Source of the DNA: Squalus acanthias | Taxonomy: Eukaryota | Reading direction: 5' to 3' | NCBI GenBank assembly: GCA_030390025.1 | Contig: CM059432.1 | Coordinates: forward strand, 89,652,001-89,716,000 | Length of the DNA: 64,000 nt | Part shown: piece after piece, positions 59,680 to 64,000 of the stretch | How the letters are laid out: every line of letters starts with the position of its first letter | How positions within the stretch are numbered: the first letter of the stretch is position 1 | Program-made: the position numbers and the translations under genes | The notes under the pieces: model-generated | Databases searched by the model: none | Told to the model about the DNA's origin: nothing | The model's input: only the letters and a program-made list of their open reading frames with translations

Positions 59680-60845
59680 TGAGTTTACTGATCTCACTCA
59701 TGAATTATTTGATCACGTAGAACCTGGGCAGAAAGGCGCTGTCTACATTGTATCCTCCCTTCCTCTTCATGTTCCTCCATTGCCTGTTGTACTTCCTTCT
59801 CCTCCACTTCTTCCTCCTTCTGCTCTTCCTCGTGCTCCTGCTCCTCAGCTTCTCAGCTGATAGGTAGTGGCAAAGGCTGGTCCCATATAATGGTCAGGTT
59901 GTGCAGCATTCAGCATACTACCACAAATCTTGATACCCACTCAGCTGAGTATTCCAGGGCTCCTCCAGAGCGGTCCATGCAATGGGAGCATTGCTTGAGG
60001 ATGTCTACGGTGTGCTCTATAATGCTCCTTGTGCTAGCATTACTCTCATTGTATACCTGCTGTACATGTGTGCGTGGGTTCTGGACCAGAGTCATGAGCC
60101 ATATCATAAGTGACTAACCCTTGCTGCCCAGTAGCCAGCCTTTGACTTGCCATGGTGGGTCAGATACAGCTAGCACAGAGGATTGCCACAGAATGAAGGA
60201 ATCGTGACTGCTGCCAGGATAACGGGCATTTACCTGCATGATGCGCTGCCTGTGGGAGTGGAATCCCTTTCATGTCATGAAAAGGCCGAGTTCACATGAG
60301 GCGCGCACAAGGCAATGTGCATGCAGGCAATGGCACCCTGCACCATGGAGAAGCCTACAATCCATGCAAATCCTTGTGCTTGCTCCGCCTGCTTGTCTCT
60401 GGCAAGAGGGAATGAGACTAAACTGTTTCTCTGTGTATAGAGAGCCTCAGTGACGTCCCTTATACAGCAAAGCACTTTAAACTGCGAGATATTGCAGCCT
60501 GGAAGGAGCCAGGTGCATAAAAGTTAAGAGCCACGGTCACCTTGACAGCCACAGGCAATGCTGTCCTTGCCCTGCTTTGAGGTGGCAGTTGTGGCTGCAG
60601 TAGTTGGCAGATTTCAGTCACAACCTCTTTTGTGAAGTGAAGACGTCCCATACATTGGTCATCACTGAAGTTGAGGTAAGAGAATTGCTCCCTTAAGACC
60701 CTTGGCCGATATGGCCTCCTGTTGAAAGTCCTTCTTCTCCTCCACTTCCTCTCTCCCTTTTAGCAGATTGTCCTGCTCTGCTTGGCCTCTCTTCATTCTC
60801 CCAGTCATGTTCAATTCCCAGAGGTAGCCCTACCAGGCCAGCCAT
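59680..60845 (-). pseudogene. H4 DDE transposase pseudogene
   Basis: [58 protein letters not shown]; many disruptions. Confidence 0.9.
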
Positions 60846-62299
60846 GTCTGGGAGCAACTTATTTCAGCACAAGCTTTTAAATGAACAGCAAAATACTTCA
60901 GCATCAGTCAGACAACTCCCTGTAGACTATTAGACTATTCAAACTTTAGGCAAGTATAGGAAAGCTCCAAAAATGCGTACAAATGCAACAGCTGCCAGAA
61001 AAAATAATCCAGCAACTAACCGGTAAGTAGTTCATGATCCCTTTAATGGCGCTGGTGGGCGGTCCTTCATTCCGTTTAACGTCGTTCAGCTGTGCGAGGT
61101 TCATACAAGGTGTAGGCTGGAATGTGTCGTTCGAAGCTGGCAGCGCTGGCATCAAATCAGCATTGCACAATGATAAATGTCATTATCTGCCTGCTCTCCA
61201 GGCTGCCGGCAGTTGTTAGGTGTGCACGTGCAAACCCCTTTACCAAGATGGCGTCCTGCGCACTTCCTGTCGGAAGTGTGTGCATGCATCTCGGATGCCA
61301 TTTTTGAGTGTTAGGTTGCCGTATAGTGCCTAATAAACAGGTGCTACGGAGCCCAATTTAGCCCCCCATGTCTCTTCCTCCCCTCTGTCCTAAGTGAATC
61401 TTGGGAAATAATTTTCATCTGATATCCTACACTGATTTGGCCATCCTAACTCATTCCACCTTTACTTGCTATCCACAGTGGATTTTCTTTTGCTTGAGTA
61501 TCCCTGTTGGTTTATGTTGCTTTTTGGGCACATACAAATGTGTATTTCTCAGTTCGGACAGTCTACTAGCAATATATGTATTCCTCAGATCCTGTAGTTT
61601 AGTACTAACATGTCCTTTCCTTTGGGTTCTGACTACATAAATATTTCACGTTTGTATCTTCCAGTGTACCAAAAATTTATGTTCCCTGTTGTGTATCTGT
61701 TTATTATTTCCCTAAAGTTGTATTACTTCCCTTTGCGCTATGCTACTCTGCTGACATGCAAGCAGAGCTTTATTGTAAACTAACTGCTAGAAACAAAATC
61801 AGGCCCCCATGGATAATCATATATATATATTAAGTAAATAAATAGGGGTTTCAAACTGGATCTGGCAAAATTATATCTACCAATTTTTTAAAATAATTAG
61901 CAACAGTAGCACATTGACCCACTGCAGCAAAGCAAGCATACCATGTAACTTTACATCCTTGCAGAACTATCAATGGCTCTTATTAAAGTAAGTTCCAATG
62001 GGCACAAAGAGCATATCATCACCTTTCCAAAATGGCTATGTGTGAGCCTAAAGAGTGAGTGTTGGCAGGGTATTCAACTGTGGAGGTTCACAGCCAAACC
62101 CAATCCAATCCTTCTCCAGTGTCCACTCGTGCACACTTCAGCAATGGTCGCTAAATGTCAAGATCAAGAATAGGAATCCTTCCCAACCCAGGGACACTGA
62201 GCCTTGTTAGAGCATCAGCACCACCATCTTAACTTCGATCAACTAATTCAGCACAGACCTTTGTTATCTGTATGGCTTAGTATCGCACAACATGAAACA

Positions 62300-64000
62300 A
62301 CATGTCTCGGAGCGGCTGCAGGGCATTCTGGAGGGGGAGGGTGAACAGCCAGTTGTCGTGGTGCATATAGGTACCAACGATATAGATAAAAAATGGGATG
62401 AGGTCCTAAAAGCTGAATATAGGGAGTTAGGAGGTAAATTAAAAAACAGGACCTCAAAGGTAGTAATCTCAGGATTGCTACCGGTGCCACGTGCTAGTCA
62501 GAGTAGAAATAGAAGGATATTTCAGATGAATACGTGGCTAGAGGAATGGTGCAAGGGGGAGGGATTCAAATTCCTGGGACATTGGAACCGGTTCTGGGGG
62601 AGGTGGGACCAGTACAAACTGGACGGTTTGCACCTGGGCAGGACCGGGACCGATGTCCTAGGGGGAGTGTTTGCTGGTGCTGTTGGGGAGGGTTTAAACT
62701 AAAATGGCAGGGGGTTGGGAACCTGTGCAGGGAAACAGAGGAAAGGGAAGCAAGGATAGAAGCAAAAGTGGAAGGCAGAGAAATCAAGGGTGTAAATCAA
62801 ACAGGGCTACAGTAAATAATAATTCTAAAAGGACTAAGAGTGTTAAAAAAAGCAAGCCTGAAGGCTTTGTGTCTTAATGCGAGGAGCATTCGTAATAAGG
62901 TGGATGAATTAGCTGCGCAAATAGATGTAAACAGATATGATATAATTGGGATTATGGAGACATGGCTCCAGGGTGACCAAGGCTAGGAATTCAACATCCA
63001 GGGGTATTCAATATTCAGGAAGGACAGACAAAAAGGAAAAGGAGGTGGGGTAGCATTGCTGGTTATAGAGGAGATTAAAACAATAGTAAGGAAGGATATT
63101 AGCTCTGATGATGTGGAATCTGTATGGGTAGAGCTGAGAAATACCAAGGGGCAGAAAACGTTAGTGGGAGTTGTATACAGACCCCCAAACAGTAATGCTG
63201 AGGTTGAGGATGGCATTAAACGGGAAATTAGAGACGCGTGCAATAAGGGCACAGCAGTTATCATGGGTGACTTTAATCTACATATAGATTGGGTTAAACA
63301 AATTAGTAACAATACTGTGGAGGAGGAATTCCTAGAGTGTATACGGGATGGTTTCCTGGACCAATATGTCGAGGAACCAACTAGAGATCAGGTCCTCTTA
63401 GACTGGGTATTATGTAATGAGAAAGGATTAGTTAGCAAACTTGTTGTGCGAGGCCACTTAGGGAGGAGCGATCAAAATATGATAGAATTCTTCATTAAGA
63501 TGGAGAGTGAAGTCGTTGACTCAGAGACTAGAGTCCTGAATTTAAATAAAAGAAACTACGATGGCATGAGGCGCAAGTTGACTAGGATGGATTAGGGAGC
63601 GTCACTTAAAGGGTTGACGGTGGATAGGCAATGGCAAACATTTAAAGATCGCATGGATGAACTACAGAATTTGTTCATCCCTGTTTGGCATAAAAATAAA
63701 ACAAAAAAAGTGACTCAACCGTGGCTAAGGGATAGCATAAGATCCAAGGAGAGGACATATAAATTGGCCAGAAAAAGCAGCAAACCTGAGGATTGGGAGC
63801 AGTTTAGGATTCAGCAAAGGAGGACAAAGGGATTAATTAAGAGGGGGTAAATAGAATATGAGAGTAAGCTTTCAGGGAACATAAAAACTGACTGTAAAAG
63901 CTTCTATAGATATGTGAAGAGAAAAAGATTGGTGAAGTCAAGCGTAGGTCCCTTGCAGTCAGAATCAGGGGAATTTATAATGGGGAACAAAGAAATGGCT
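62300..64000 (+). mobile_element. CR1 LINE (ORF1 esterase C-terminus and ORF2 APE), runs off the window end
   Basis: VVVHIGTND and DGLHLG; LCLNARSIRNK, YRPPNS, MGDFN, SDQN. Confidence 0.95.

Larger units (their letters stand above)
52928..61366 (-). mobile_element. PIF/Harbinger transposon H4 (outer), related to H1, opposite orientation
   Basis: TIR GGGGGTTAAGTTGG and CCAATTTAGCCCCC (12/14); flanks CGT and CAT; transposase on -, Myb-like gene on +. Confidence 0.88.

Overview
Repeat-dominated vertebrate genomic DNA, most likely an intron or intergenic region of a cartilaginous fish (shark). The organism is inferred from esterase-type CR1 LINEs, L2 tails, Deu-domain SINEs and Penelope pLTRs; no database search was possible. 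No host protein-coding gene could be recognised. The window is a deep nest of transposons: one full-length and about 11 truncated CR1 LINEs, three L2 3' ends, several SINEs, three Penelope-like (PLE) pieces carrying three minimal hammerhead ribozymes, and five PIF/Harbinger two-gene DNA transposons (DDE transposase plus a convergent three-exon Myb/SANT-like gene) with related MITEs. Many insertions have readable TIRs and TSDs. Highlights: (1) the Harbinger at 53299-57817 has a badly disrupted transposase, but its Myb/SANT-like gene splices into an uninterrupted 483-aa ORF (candidate retention or domestication); (2) a 282-bp self-complementary PLE insert has a hammerhead on each strand and a 12-bp TSD; (3) neighbouring CR1 copies share disabling mutations in a mosaic pattern, suggesting gene conversion; (4) two different LINE clades inserted at the same site in two copies of one element; (5) a Harbinger carries an antisense copy of part of its own transposase in its 5' region. 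Coordinates were read by eye, and boundaries without TSD support may be off by several to tens of bases.
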